Origin: Candidatus Poribacteria bacterium
Lineage (GTDB): Bacteria > Poribacteria > WGA-4E > WGA-3G
Assembly (NCBI GenBank): GCA_028824125.1
Contig: JAPPES010000140.1
Coordinates: forward strand, 29,359 to 93,358
Direction: 5' to 3'
DNA length: 64,000 nucleotides
Part shown: one piece after another, positions 1-8,789 of the stretch
Numbering within the stretch: the first letter of the stretch is position 1
Layout of the letters: every line of letters starts with the position of its first letter
The notes under the pieces: generated by a model
The model's database searches: none
Told to the model about the DNA's origin: nothing
The model's input: the letters and a program-made list of their open reading frames with translations, nothing else
Program-made: the position numbers and the translations under genes

Positions 1-1181
1 CACTCTCCGATGTGGATAACGCATGGCATGGTGAAATCGCTGACCGTGAACCCGCTTTATATCAGGCAATACACACAGCCGAACTCACACATGGCAGAGG
101 TATGAAGTCATACCTCATTATGATGGCGGTGCGGTTGTTAGAGATGAAGCGCGTCCTTAAAGACACTGGAAGTATATACCTCCACTGCGATCCGACTGCG
201 AGCCATTATCTCAAAATGCTTATGGATAGTATATTTGGAAAAGATAATTGCCGGAATGAAATTATTTGGCAACGATTCAGTGCACACAATGACGCGAAAA
301 ATGGCTTTGCAAAAATTCACGATATTCTTTTATTTTATGCTGCAAGTCCCTGCACTAAATTCAATAAGACATACGAGCCATACCAAAAGGAATACATAGA
401 AAAGACATACCGATACAAAGATGAGCGCGGTAGGTATACAACATCACCACTTCAAGCACGTTCATTATCAGGCGGAGGCTATAATTACATTTACAAAGGC
501 ATCCAAGATATTTGGAAATTTCCACTGGAGCGGTTAAAGGAACTTGACGAAACAGGACATATTCATTGGCCCAAAAGAGGAAAAGTCCCAAGACGAAAGG
601 TATATTTAGACACAGCCAAAGGTGTTCCTGTTAAAGATATTATCACAGATATAAAACCGCTTACTTCTGCACATAAAGAACGTGTTGGCTATCCAACGCA
701 AAAACCAATCGCCCTATTAGAACGTATCATAAAAGCAAGCAGTAATGAAGGTGATATAGTCCTTGACCCTTTTTGCGGTTGTGCAACAACCTGCGTAGCA
801 GCAGAACGGCTAAACCGTCAGTGGATCGGTGTTGATATATCAGAAAAAGCCGTAGAACTTGTCAAAATACGTCTTGAGAAAGAGCTTGGAATGTTCTATG
901 ACGTGACACACCGAACTGATATACCCAAGCGCAGTGAAAAACTACCCAAATATGACACCCACAAGCACACACTTTATGGTAAACAGGAAGGTGTCTGCAA
1001 TGGCTGCCGAACTCATTTTCCATTCCGCAATATGACTGTAGATCATATTGTCCCGCAAAAACATGGTGGCACAGATCACGAGGATAACTTGCAACTTCTC
1101 TGTGGGGCATGTAATTCCACTAAAGGCACTGGGACGCAGGCGGAACTTATTGCTAAACTTAAAGATCAGGGAGTACTGTAA
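1..1181 (+). CDS. DNA methyltransferase (beta-class N4-C/N6-A, PF01555-like) fused to a C-terminal HNH nuclease domain; 5' end runs off the window
   Basis: Frame 3 is open from nt 3 with no stop before the GTG at 12, so the gene is 5'-truncated. MTase blocks are SIYLHCDP, NEIIWQR and YPTQKP. AdoMet motif I (DIVLDPFCGCATTCVAAERL) lies late in the MTase part, which is beta-class order, so motif IV DPPY would lie upstream of the window. The last ~70 aa (CNGCR...VDHIVPQKHGGTDHEDNLQLLCGACNSTK) form an HNH motif. Confidence 0.85.
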   Translation, partial: LSDVDNAWHGEIADREPALYQAIHTAELTHGRGMKSYLIMMAVRLLEMKRVLKDTGSIYLHCDPTASHYLKMLMDSIFGKDNCRNEIIWQRFSAHNDAKNGFAKIHDILLFYAASPCTKFNKTYEPYQKEYIEKTYRYKDERGRYTTSPLQARSLSGGGYNYIYKGIQDIWKFPLERLKELDETGHIHWPKRGKVPRRKVYLDTAKGVPVKDIITDIKPLTSAHKERVGYPTQKPIALLERIIKASSNEGDIVLDPFCGCATTCVAAERLNRQWIGVDISEKAVELVKIRLEKELGMFYDVTHRTDIPKRSEKLPKYDTHKHTLYGKQEGVCNGCRTHFPFRNMTVDHIVPQKHGGTDHEDNLQLLCGACNSTKGTGTQAELIAKLKDQGVL

Positions 1182-2171
1182 ATGAATTTGCCCAAAGTTT
1201 TTCTTTCATACGTAAAAGAAAATGAAGCAATAATTAGAATACTTGACCAATTCCTTATAGATTATGGTATTGATGTAATTACAAACTATAAAAATATTGA
1301 CGGTGGTTCTAACTGGAAAAGAACGCTAAAGCAACTTATAGAAAGTAGTGGATATTTTATAGCATGCTTTTCCAAAGAATTTAATATGCGTAAAAAATCT
1401 GTTGCATACAGGGAATTAAATGATGCTATAGAATGTGCAAAGGATTTTCCATTCGACCATAAATGGATAATACCAATTAGAATTAACGAGTGTATAATTC
1501 CGAGTATAGAAATCGGATCGCGCGGACAGCTTAATGAATTACAAAGAATCGACTTGTTTCCTGGCGCTAAATGGTATGAAGGTGTCGAATCTATCGTCAA
1601 CGCAATAGACAAAGATCTTATTACGAATCCACAAGAAGCGTTAGCATCTCCACAAGAAATAGAAATCCTTAAAAGAATAGGATTCAATATGGGACAATAT
1701 TATTGTAATGAATTAGGTGATATAAAATTTAACATGCGGAGAGAATATTGGTCACAATCTGAATGGTTTAGAGTTACCCCTGAAACATACCTTAAATTAC
1801 CAAACTATATCACGGCTATAGTTGCTGGCACGCGGGAAGGTATATTAAGTGAGATCAGACTTTCGCTAACGATTAACAATCATTCTGATAAAGACAATGC
1901 CTATGATTCTCTTATTGAAAAGTGTAATCAACTTTGTGTAGAACTTTGTGGAAGTGGTTTATCTGATGAAATTATTCATGATCTAATTCACATTAAGAAT
2001 TCATTTACTAATGACAAAAAATTCAGACCACACTCAATCTACACTGATAATGATTACCGCTTAGAAGGCATTAATATTAACATGCACAATGAAGTTTCCC
2101 ATAAAAGTCTGCTGGACGAAAAACCAATAAGGTTTAGATTTCATATTACAAAAATTTCTTTCACTTCATAA
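1182..2171 (+). CDS. TIR-domain protein with uncharacterised C-terminal domain
   Basis: The ATG at 1182 directly follows the TAA stop of the MTase-HNH gene (ctgTAAATGaat). The N-terminal ~150 aa fit the TIR_2 pattern: VFLSYVKENEAII, YGIDV, IDGGSNW, SGYFIACFSKEF, SVAYRELNDAI (putative catalytic Glu in YREL). Residues ~170-329 carry no motif I recognise. A 329-codon ORF in ~28-30% GC DNA is unlikely by chance. Confidence 0.75.
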   Translation: MNLPKVFLSYVKENEAIIRILDQFLIDYGIDVITNYKNIDGGSNWKRTLKQLIESSGYFIACFSKEFNMRKKSVAYRELNDAIECAKDFPFDHKWIIPIRINECIIPSIEIGSRGQLNELQRIDLFPGAKWYEGVESIVNAIDKDLITNPQEALASPQEIEILKRIGFNMGQYYCNELGDIKFNMRREYWSQSEWFRVTPETYLKLPNYITAIVAGTREGILSEIRLSLTINNHSDKDNAYDSLIEKCNQLCVELCGSGLSDEIIHDLIHIKNSFTNDKKFRPHSIYTDNDYRLEGININMHNEVSHKSLLDEKPIRFRFHITKISFTS

Positions 2172-2246
2172 ATCTACTAATTAATCATGTCCAAAACTAC
2201 AAATTGCGAAATAAATTAGGTAATTTTGCGGGATGTCCGGGGCGTT

Positions 2247-2440
2247 TAGATGAAGATTAATAAAATGTTTCGGAAATTCTAATTTTTCCTAAACCCGGTT
2301 GGTGCGGTTTCCTAACCGCATCGGATATTTCTCCAAATTACCGAATTAATAAATTAATCTTCATGAAATCGCACCAACCGAAAGTTATGAGAGTGAATTC
2401 ATGGATTTAGAACTTCATACCACTTAAACCGAATTCACGT
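2247..2440. repeat. Nested inverted repeats (MITE-like) in the TIR/orphan spacer
   Basis: Three inverted-repeat pairs are nested: atgaagattaat (2250-2261) / attaatcttcat (2353-2364); cggttggtgcg (2296-2306) / cgcaccaaccg (2370-2380); gtgaattc (2393-2400) / gaattcac (2431-2438). The central hairpin gcggtt-tcct-aaccgc (2304-2319) is a variant of the family C core seen elsewhere in the window. Confidence 0.6.
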
Positions 2441-2460
2441 TAATTGCTAAGGACTATAAT

Positions 2461-3138
2461 ATGTTTTGGAAAGTCTTTAAAAGTAAACTTGAATTAGACT
2501 ACTACACAAGAATCTTTACTGGTATTATCACCAAACATCGTAAACCTGAGACGGTAACTGCTTTATTAGAAATTGAATTATTGTCTGTATCTCCTCCAGA
2601 GGATTATGAAAAATCTTACCCTTTTAAGCTAAGTAGAAAAAATGTTGTAATTATATCCACTGGAGAAAAAATTTCATCTGAAGGGGAGATTGAAAGAAGA
2701 GATGAGATACCAAATTTGGGGATTGTTCTTTATTCTTTACCTGTTGGCACAAAAATAGCATTTACAGGACATCCTTACAAACCAACAGACCTTAATATAA
2801 AAATAAATCCTCAATCCAATGAAGAATATCGGATTGAATTAAATAATCAATACCTTGAAGTTGTTGGTTTTAATTCAACTATAGCAAAAAAGATCTTAGC
2901 GCACCAAATAGCAAAAGAAAAAGAAGAAAGAGAATATGAAAAAAGGAAAAATAAACGTAATAGACAAACCCTCTTTCAAAAATTTTCAGATAGACTTTCT
3001 CCATATATCAATAACCCATATATTAATAATTGGCTTGTTAAAGGCGTTATAGTAACCGTTTTAGGAGGTTTAATATTAACTATTCTACTATGGGTATTTG
3101 GAGATTCAATAAAAAAATTTATTTCGACACATTTATAG
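2461..3138 (+). CDS. Hypothetical tail-anchored membrane protein (orphan)
   Basis: This is a 225-codon ORF in ~30% GC DNA. It has a Lys/Glu-rich segment (KEKEEREYEKRKNKRNR) and a PYINNPYINN duplication. A single C-terminal TM helix is present (VKGVIVTVLGGLILTILLWVF). I recognise no family motif. Confidence 0.55.
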   Translation: MFWKVFKSKLELDYYTRIFTGIITKHRKPETVTALLEIELLSVSPPEDYEKSYPFKLSRKNVVIISTGEKISSEGEIERRDEIPNLGIVLYSLPVGTKIAFTGHPYKPTDLNIKINPQSNEEYRIELNNQYLEVVGFNSTIAKKILAHQIAKEKEEREYEKRKNKRNRQTLFQKFSDRLSPYINNPYINNWLVKGVIVTVLGGLILTILLWVFGDSIKKFISTHL

Positions 3139-3203
3139 GAACAGATATATCCCAAAAGACTAATTGCAAATAATTGACTCACAATTTAAAATAGGAAAAC
3201 ACT

Positions 3204-4517
3204 ATGCATAAACCAAACAAGTTTACACTATCTCTGCTAATAATAGTTTGTCTTACGATGCTTCTCTCTACCGCCTCAGCGCAGTATCTACTTGTGCCGA
3301 TGGAGCAGAAACAGACGAACCATCTGAAAGCGTACGGACTAACATATTGGGCATTAGAAGTGCCGCGTGAATATCAATGTTATTGGTGGCTGAATTATCG
3401 TGGCGGATCGTTTGTGATACCCGATGTGCCCGATGTCCGCGTACGTGCCGCACAGATGGGTGTCACAATTGAACCGATGAGCGATGTTGAGTATCGGACA
3501 ATCAAAGAGACCATTATTGAAACGAGCAATATGGATGAGATTTTGCTCGAAAAAGCGCCCAAAATTGCTGTGTATGCGCCCTCTGAGGCATCACCGTATC
3601 GTGACCCGTGGGACGATGCAGTCAAAATTGCACTGGACTATGCCGAAATTCCTTATGACCAAATCTGGGACAAAGAGGTGCAGCGCGGTGCTTTACACAC
3701 AGAAGGTTACGATTGGTTGCATCTACACCACGAAGATTTTACTGGACAGCACGGGAAATTCCATGGCTCCTATTCTCATCAAGTATGGTATCAACAACGG
3801 ATGACACTGTTTGAGACGGCAGCAAAAGAAGCAGGATTTAAACGTGTGCCACGTCATAAAGGACAAACGGCACTGGATATTGCCGATTATGTTGCAAAAG
3901 GCGGCTTCATTTTTGCGATGTGTTCAGCTCCTGAAACGTTAGATATTGCTTTAGCAACAAAGGGTGGAATTCTTGATATTGTAGATCCTGTTTTAGACAC
4001 AACCCCGCTTGCGCCCGATTTTCAAAACCATTTGGATTTTGAGCGAACCTTTGCATTTGAAAATTTTACACTCTATCCGAATCCAAATCGCTATGAATTC
4101 TCGGATGTTGACAATCCAAATCCTGATAGAAACGCACATTCCGGGGTGGAAGATTTCCAATTGTTTGAATTTTCTGCTAAACATGATCCTATTCCGACGA
4201 TGTTGACACAAAATCACGTTTCAGAGGTGCCGGGTTTTCTTGGGCAGACAACCTCTTTTAATGTAGACAAGATCCACAAATCGGTTACGATCTTAGGAAA
4301 AATTGAAGGCACTAACTATGTTAAGTATATTCATGGCACTTTAGGCAAGGGTACTTTTACCTTCCTCGGTGGACATGACCCGGAGGATTACCGCCACCTC
4401 GTTGGAGAAGGGAAAATTCCTACGAATTTAGACCTCCATAAACATTCACCAGGGTATCGGTTGATACTGAATAATATTTTGTTTCCTGCCGCTCGCAAAA
4501 AACCGCAGAAAACCTGA
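3204..4517 (+). CDS. Secreted hypothetical protein (conserved family, function unknown)
   Basis: A signal peptide (LLIIVCLTMLLSTASA) is preceded by an AGGAAA Shine-Dalgarno ~8 nt upstream. The N-terminal block PMEQKQTNHLKAYGLTYWAL...NYRGGSF resembles, from memory, a Bacteroidota family often mislabelled asparagine synthetase B. That memory is low-confidence. Confidence 0.7.
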   Translation: MHKPNKFTLSLLIIVCLTMLLSTASAQYLLVPMEQKQTNHLKAYGLTYWALEVPREYQCYWWLNYRGGSFVIPDVPDVRVRAAQMGVTIEPMSDVEYRTIKETIIETSNMDEILLEKAPKIAVYAPSEASPYRDPWDDAVKIALDYAEIPYDQIWDKEVQRGALHTEGYDWLHLHHEDFTGQHGKFHGSYSHQVWYQQRMTLFETAAKEAGFKRVPRHKGQTALDIADYVAKGGFIFAMCSAPETLDIALATKGGILDIVDPVLDTTPLAPDFQNHLDFERTFAFENFTLYPNPNRYEFSDVDNPNPDRNAHSGVEDFQLFEFSAKHDPIPTMLTQNHVSEVPGFLGQTTSFNVDKIHKSVTILGKIEGTNYVKYIHGTLGKGTFTFLGGHDPEDYRHLVGEGKIPTNLDLHKHSPGYRLILNNILFPAARKKPQKT

Positions 4518-4520
4518 TAA

Positions 4521-4896
4521 TCATCAACCGTTAGCTTGTAGGTCGGGTGTAGCAAAGCGAAACCTATAACTGTCAACTTAAGTAATGTCTGTGTTTTTAT
4601 GAACCCTTCTCAATACGCATTATGATTGAGACTGTCCGATATTTAGTCCCGTAGGGACGATATGTTTATAGTACTCCGTATAGCCCCAACTCTTGAGCTC
4701 CGTAGGAGCGACATATCTTGATCGGTAAACCGATTCTATAACATACCGCCCCTACGGGGCTCAAGAGGGTTTTCACTCTGTTTTCTATAAACATATCGTC
4801 CCTACGGGACTGAAGAGGGTTACTCATATTCGGAAAATCCTTAAGTTGACACCTATGGGTGGAGCGAAGCGAAACCCAACCTACAAGGCTGATGAC
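4521..4896. repeat. ~375-bp foldback (nested palindrome) element
   Basis: Arm pairs are: tcatcaaccgttagcttgtaggtcgggt (4521-) / acccaacctacaaggctgatga (-4896); gtcaacttaag (4572-4582) / cttaagttgac (4840-4850); agtcccgtagggacgatatgtttatag (4645-4671) / ctataaacatatcgtccctacgggact (4785-4811); ccccaactcttgagctccgtagg / cccctacggggctcaagagggtt. The centre lies near atcggt-aa-accgat (~4725). Confidence 0.8.
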
Positions 4897-4912
4897 TGAT
4901 AACTATAAAAAT

Positions 4913-7018
4913 ATGAAAGCAACACTTGCAACCTGCAACCTGAATCAGTGGGCATTGGACTTTGAGGGCAACTGTGAGCGTATCATCGAGTCAATAGAAC
5001 TTGCCAAGGCAGCGGGTGCACGCTATCGACTCGGTCCTGAACTTGAGATAACGGGTTATTCCTGCGAAGACCATTTCCTTGAAGAAGATACGTTACGGCA
5101 CAGTTGGGAATCGCTTGCGCGCATCATAACGGGTGGATATACGGATGGTATTTTGTGCGATATTGGCATGCCTGTGATGCACAAAAGCGTGCGTTACAAT
5201 TGCCGTGTGTTTGTGTGTGATGGTAAGATTCTTCTGATTCGTCCGAAGTTGGTGCTTGCTGCTGAGGGGAACTACCGTGAACCGCGTTGGTTTGCTGCGT
5301 GGCAAAAAGGGTGGACAACGGAACCGTTCCAAGTGCCGCCTGAGATACTTGAAATCACGCCTAATGCCACAGTACCGATAGGGTGTGCAGTGATTGTGGC
5401 ACACGACACGGTTTTGGCATCGGAAACCTGTGAAGAGTTGTTTGCGCCGCACTCTCCGCATATTGATCTTGCATATAATGGCGTTGAGATAATCGCCAAT
5501 GGGTCGGGTTCACATCACGAACTTCGCAAACTTGACACGCGCTTGTCATTGATACGAAATGCAACTGAAAAATGTGGGGGCGTTTACCTATACGCGAATC
5601 AGCAGGGGTGTGATGGCGGCAGGCTTTATTTTGATGGCTGCGCAACGATTGCACAAAACGGACACGTTCTCGTGCAGGGATCACAATTTTCTATCAACGA
5701 TGTTGAAGTGGTCACCGCGACTGTGGATTTACGGGATGTCCGCTCCTATCGCGGTTCAAGGATGAGTGGGGCAGTGCAGGCGAGTCGCGGTGTTTCTATT
5801 CCGCAGATTTATGCCGATTTTAAAGTAGGCAATGCTGAAAATTGTTCTGTCACCGTTCCAAAGTCTGAGTTAAACATTCATACACCTGAAGAAGAAATTG
5901 CGCTCGGTCCTGCGTGTTGGCTCTGGGATTATCTAAGACGATCCGAAGCCGCGGGATATTTTGTTGCACTTTCGGGTGGCTCGGATAGTGGTGCTGTAGC
6001 GACACTTGTCGGTTCTATGTGTCAACTCGTTGCGAAAGGGATTCTTGACGATGTGCCGCACGTTATTCGCGATACTGAACGGATACTCGGTGCAGAATGT
6101 GTTGAAAAAATTAAGACAGATTATAACGATCCGTGGCACGCTGCGCAACACCTTGCTAATCAACTGCTCTATACGTGCTATATGGGCACATCAAACAGTT
6201 CTCGTGAAACGCGGCATCGCGCCAAACAGTTGGCAAGTGAAATTGGCAGTTATCATCTTGACATTAATATGGAGTCGCTTGTCGGCGCATTGCGCAAAAT
6301 GTTTATCGGTATAACCGGCAAAACGCCGCAGTTCAAAACAGAAGGCGGTAGTACCGTTGAAAATCAGGCACTGCAAAACATACAGGCACGGCTGCGGATG
6401 GTTATCAGTTATCTTTTTGCACAGACGTTACCGTGGGTTCGGAATAGGCGTGGGACGCTTCTCGTATTAGGCACAGGCAACGTTGACGAAGCACTGCGCG
6501 GTTATCTCACTAAATATGATTGTAGCAGTGCCGACATCAATCCGATTGGAAGCATTAGTAAAACGGATCTACGCAGTTTTCTTCATTGGGCAAAAGAACA
6601 TCTCAGCTATCCGAGTCTCGGCACTATCTTGGAGGCACCACCAACCGCAGAATTAGAACCTATCACCGAAACCTATACGCAAACCGATGAAGAAGATATG
6701 GGGATGACTTACGCTGAGCTTAGTCGGTTTGGGCAGCTGCGAAAAGTGCATCGGTGTGGTCCCGTCAGTATGTTTGAAAAACTGGTTCAGGAATGGAATC
6801 ATCTGCCTCCCAGTGAAGTCGCAGAGAAGGTCAAAAGGTTTTTCCACTACTATGCCATCAATCGCCACAAGATGACGACATTAACACCTGCCTATCACGC
6901 TGAACCGTATTCACCCGATGACAACCGATTTGACCTACGGCAATTTCTCTATAACACACGTTGGCGTTGGCAGTTTCGGAGAATTGACAGGATATTAGAG
7001 GAGATGGAAACTGAATGA
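4913..7018 (+). CDS. nadE: Glutamine-dependent NAD+ synthetase (long, eukaryote-like two-domain form)
   Basis: The N-terminal CN-hydrolase domain begins [20 protein letters not shown]...[17 protein letters not shown]. The C-terminal ATP-pyrophosphatase domain has the SGGSDS P-loop ([14 protein letters not shown]). I prefer the start at 4913; 4892 or 4859 are possible, but 4859 lies inside the foldback repeat. Confidence 0.9.
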   Translation: MKATLATCNLNQWALDFEGNCERIIESIELAKAAGARYRLGPELEITGYSCEDHFLEEDTLRHSWESLARIITGGYTDGILCDIGMPVMHKSVRYNCRVFVCDGKILLIRPKLVLAAEGNYREPRWFAAWQKGWTTEPFQVPPEILEITPNATVPIGCAVIVAHDTVLASETCEELFAPHSPHIDLAYNGVEIIANGSGSHHELRKLDTRLSLIRNATEKCGGVYLYANQQGCDGGRLYFDGCATIAQNGHVLVQGSQFSINDVEVVTATVDLRDVRSYRGSRMSGAVQASRGVSIPQIYADFKVGNAENCSVTVPKSELNIHTPEEEIALGPACWLWDYLRRSEAAGYFVALSGGSDSGAVATLVGSMCQLVAKGILDDVPHVIRDTERILGAECVEKIKTDYNDPWHAAQHLANQLLYTCYMGTSNSSRETRHRAKQLASEIGSYHLDINMESLVGALRKMFIGITGKTPQFKTEGGSTVENQALQNIQARLRMVISYLFAQTLPWVRNRRGTLLVLGTGNVDEALRGYLTKYDCSSADINPIGSISKTDLRSFLHWAKEHLSYPSLGTILEAPPTAELEPITETYTQTDEEDMGMTYAELSRFGQLRKVHRCGPVSMFEKLVQEWNHLPPSEVAEKVKRFFHYYAINRHKMTTLTPAYHAEPYSPDDNRFDLRQFLYNTRWRWQFRRIDRILEEMETE

Positions 7019-8631
7019 AATCGCAGTTTTTCAGCATAGTGTGTAAGAAATCCACATCGTTTCTATGCTCTCTTTTCCTGTTGTTACTACTCAATTCTTC
7101 TTCAGTTTATGCTGCGCCGAATATTCCGCTTAACTTTGATGGGTGGGTGATTGAAACACTTGCTAAGCTTGAGGTATCGGGTGTTACAGGTGGGTTTCAT
7201 CGGCATTCTTTACCACTATCCCGTGCAGATGTGGCAAATATTATTCAAAACGCTGAAGCACGCATCCGTTCTGGTGTAGTGATTATATCGCCAATAGATA
7301 GAAAGCTTTTAGAGAAACTCAAACGTGAATTTCGCTTTGAATTAACAGGAACAAAGCAAAAGACTCACGTGCATATTCAGCCAGAATTACGTTTTGCAGA
7401 TAAAAAAATTGCACCAGCACTTCAAAGTGGGTTTCATTATGCTGGTGGAAACAGCAAGCATCGGTTCACTGTATATTCCGAGTTGGAAATCTCCAATTTT
7501 GAGCAGGGTCCAGATTTTACAGAGAGTTTTTTTCTGCCCGATCCGCCACCGCTTCTGAAATCTGCTGATCAACGATTTGAAAGATGGCATAGGGATTATG
7601 TTGTTGACTTCAAAAGGAGTTATCTGCAATACCACTTGATGCCTTTTGGAGACGCAGAATTAGACTTATTAGTGGGTAGAGATTTTGTGTTTTGGGGGGC
7701 GAGTCCCGACAAATCTGTCGGGATTTCGGACAACTCACCACCGTTTGAACTTATTCGACTTACTGGTACTGTTCCTTGCAAAATCGGCATACTTAAAGTC
7801 ACTGCATTTTCTGCACAACTCAACTCAACGTGGTTTGACGATGGCACGACGCGCTATCTCGCGAAACGTTATCTGAGCGCGCATCGGCTTGATTATCAAT
7901 TCAGCGATTGGCTTGAAATCGGTGCGGCTGAATGGGTGCTTTACGGAGGCGATGTGCAAACGGTGGAGTGGAACTACCTTAATCCCGTTATCCCATATTA
8001 TGCTGTTCAATACAATGCGAAAAAAGATGACAATATCATGTTTAGTATTGATGGGGCGGTGCGTCCAATTGATGGTATGCGTCTCTATGTGGAATGGGTT
8101 GCAGATGATTTTCAGTATAATCCGGACACCTTTGACCCACATGCGGTTACATGGCTCACGGGTGTGGAGTGGTATCCGATGCAGACGGAGCGTCAACTTG
8201 GTATCCACACAGAGTATGTGCGCGTCAATCGGTGGGCATATACACATCTTGTTCCCGATAACCAGTTCACACATTTCGGCGCGATGATTGGACATCCAAT
8301 TGGTACCGATGCTGACTTATTCACGTTCCGCGTATCGTATCAGGCGACACCTTCAGCCGTAATTGAGAGCCGTTTTAGTCATCAGCGAAACGGGGAGGCA
8401 GATATTACAGACCGATTTTATGGTGAGGCGTATCAAGGCATTCCGTTTCCTTCTGGCGTAGTTGAACGGCTTTCTGAAATTCGGGTTGGTTGGAAATATC
8501 GACCAACGACTGGGTTAAAAGGTTCTGTTAACTATGCGTGGCGACATATCCAGAACATTGAACATACAGCAGGTGAAACTAAACAGGAACACCGTTTTGT
8601 TTTTCTATTTGCTTATGCTTGGGGGAATTAA
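7015..8631 (+). CDS. Secreted/outer-membrane protein, possibly capsule-assembly Wzi-like
   Basis: The ATG overlaps the nadE stop (ATGA). A signal peptide is present ([14 protein letters not shown]). The N-terminal helical block [30 protein letters not shown] resembles the Wzi N-terminus. The rest is rich in aromatic and beta-strand residues. The family call is tentative. Confidence 0.5.
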   Translation: MKSQFFSIVCKKSTSFLCSLFLLLLLNSSSVYAAPNIPLNFDGWVIETLAKLEVSGVTGGFHRHSLPLSRADVANIIQNAEARIRSGVVIISPIDRKLLEKLKREFRFELTGTKQKTHVHIQPELRFADKKIAPALQSGFHYAGGNSKHRFTVYSELEISNFEQGPDFTESFFLPDPPPLLKSADQRFERWHRDYVVDFKRSYLQYHLMPFGDAELDLLVGRDFVFWGASPDKSVGISDNSPPFELIRLTGTVPCKIGILKVTAFSAQLNSTWFDDGTTRYLAKRYLSAHRLDYQFSDWLEIGAAEWVLYGGDVQTVEWNYLNPVIPYYAVQYNAKKDDNIMFSIDGAVRPIDGMRLYVEWVADDFQYNPDTFDPHAVTWLTGVEWYPMQTERQLGIHTEYVRVNRWAYTHLVPDNQFTHFGAMIGHPIGTDADLFTFRVSYQATPSAVIESRFSHQRNGEADITDRFYGEAYQGIPFPSGVVERLSEIRVGWKYRPTTGLKGSVNYAWRHIQNIEHTAGETKQEHRFVFLFAYAWGN

Positions 8632-8690
8632 AGTAAAACCAATAATTTTTGATACATTTTGGGCATTTTGCGATTTCTAAAAGGCCCGCG

Positions 8691-8730
8691 TAAATGTAAG
8701 AGGCGCAATGAATTGCGCGACTACAAACGC
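8691..8730 (+). repeat. Family A repeat (taaatgtaagaggcgcaatgaattgcgcgactacaaacgc)
   Basis: Near-identical copies occur at 14453-14492 and 44092-44122 in the same orientation. The core is the palindrome gcgcaat-ga-attgcgc. Confidence 0.85.
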
Positions 8731-8789
8731 ATTTTTTGTTAATGAAAGGCGATTATTCAGAAATAGTATAACAGTGGGATTGGACTCAC

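Noticed and set aside
1182-3138. Assignment of the TIR locus to canonical Thoeris (ThsB plus ThsA).
   Set aside because: No SIR2, Macro or SLOG-type ThsA-like protein is present in the visible part. The downstream orphan has only a single TM helix and no recognisable effector domain. I therefore left it as an unclassified candidate.
3164-3192. Possible promoter TTGCAA-17-TAAAAT upstream of the 3204 gene.
   Set aside because: The implied transcription start would fall at or after the Shine-Dalgarno, only ~5 nt before the ATG. The geometry is therefore doubtful, and AT-rich DNA gives many such near-matches.
4859-4912. Longer N-terminal extensions from the ORF track: nadE at 4859, M16 at 14343, SppA at 23903, MNT-HEPN at 36653, small protein at 39631, MFS at 40571, nuclease-like lipoprotein at 49156, epimerase at 54898 and E1-beta at 62502.
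   Set aside because: In each case an internal Met coincides with the conserved family N-terminus or signal peptide and has a better Shine-Dalgarno. Several extensions run into repeats or the upstream gene.
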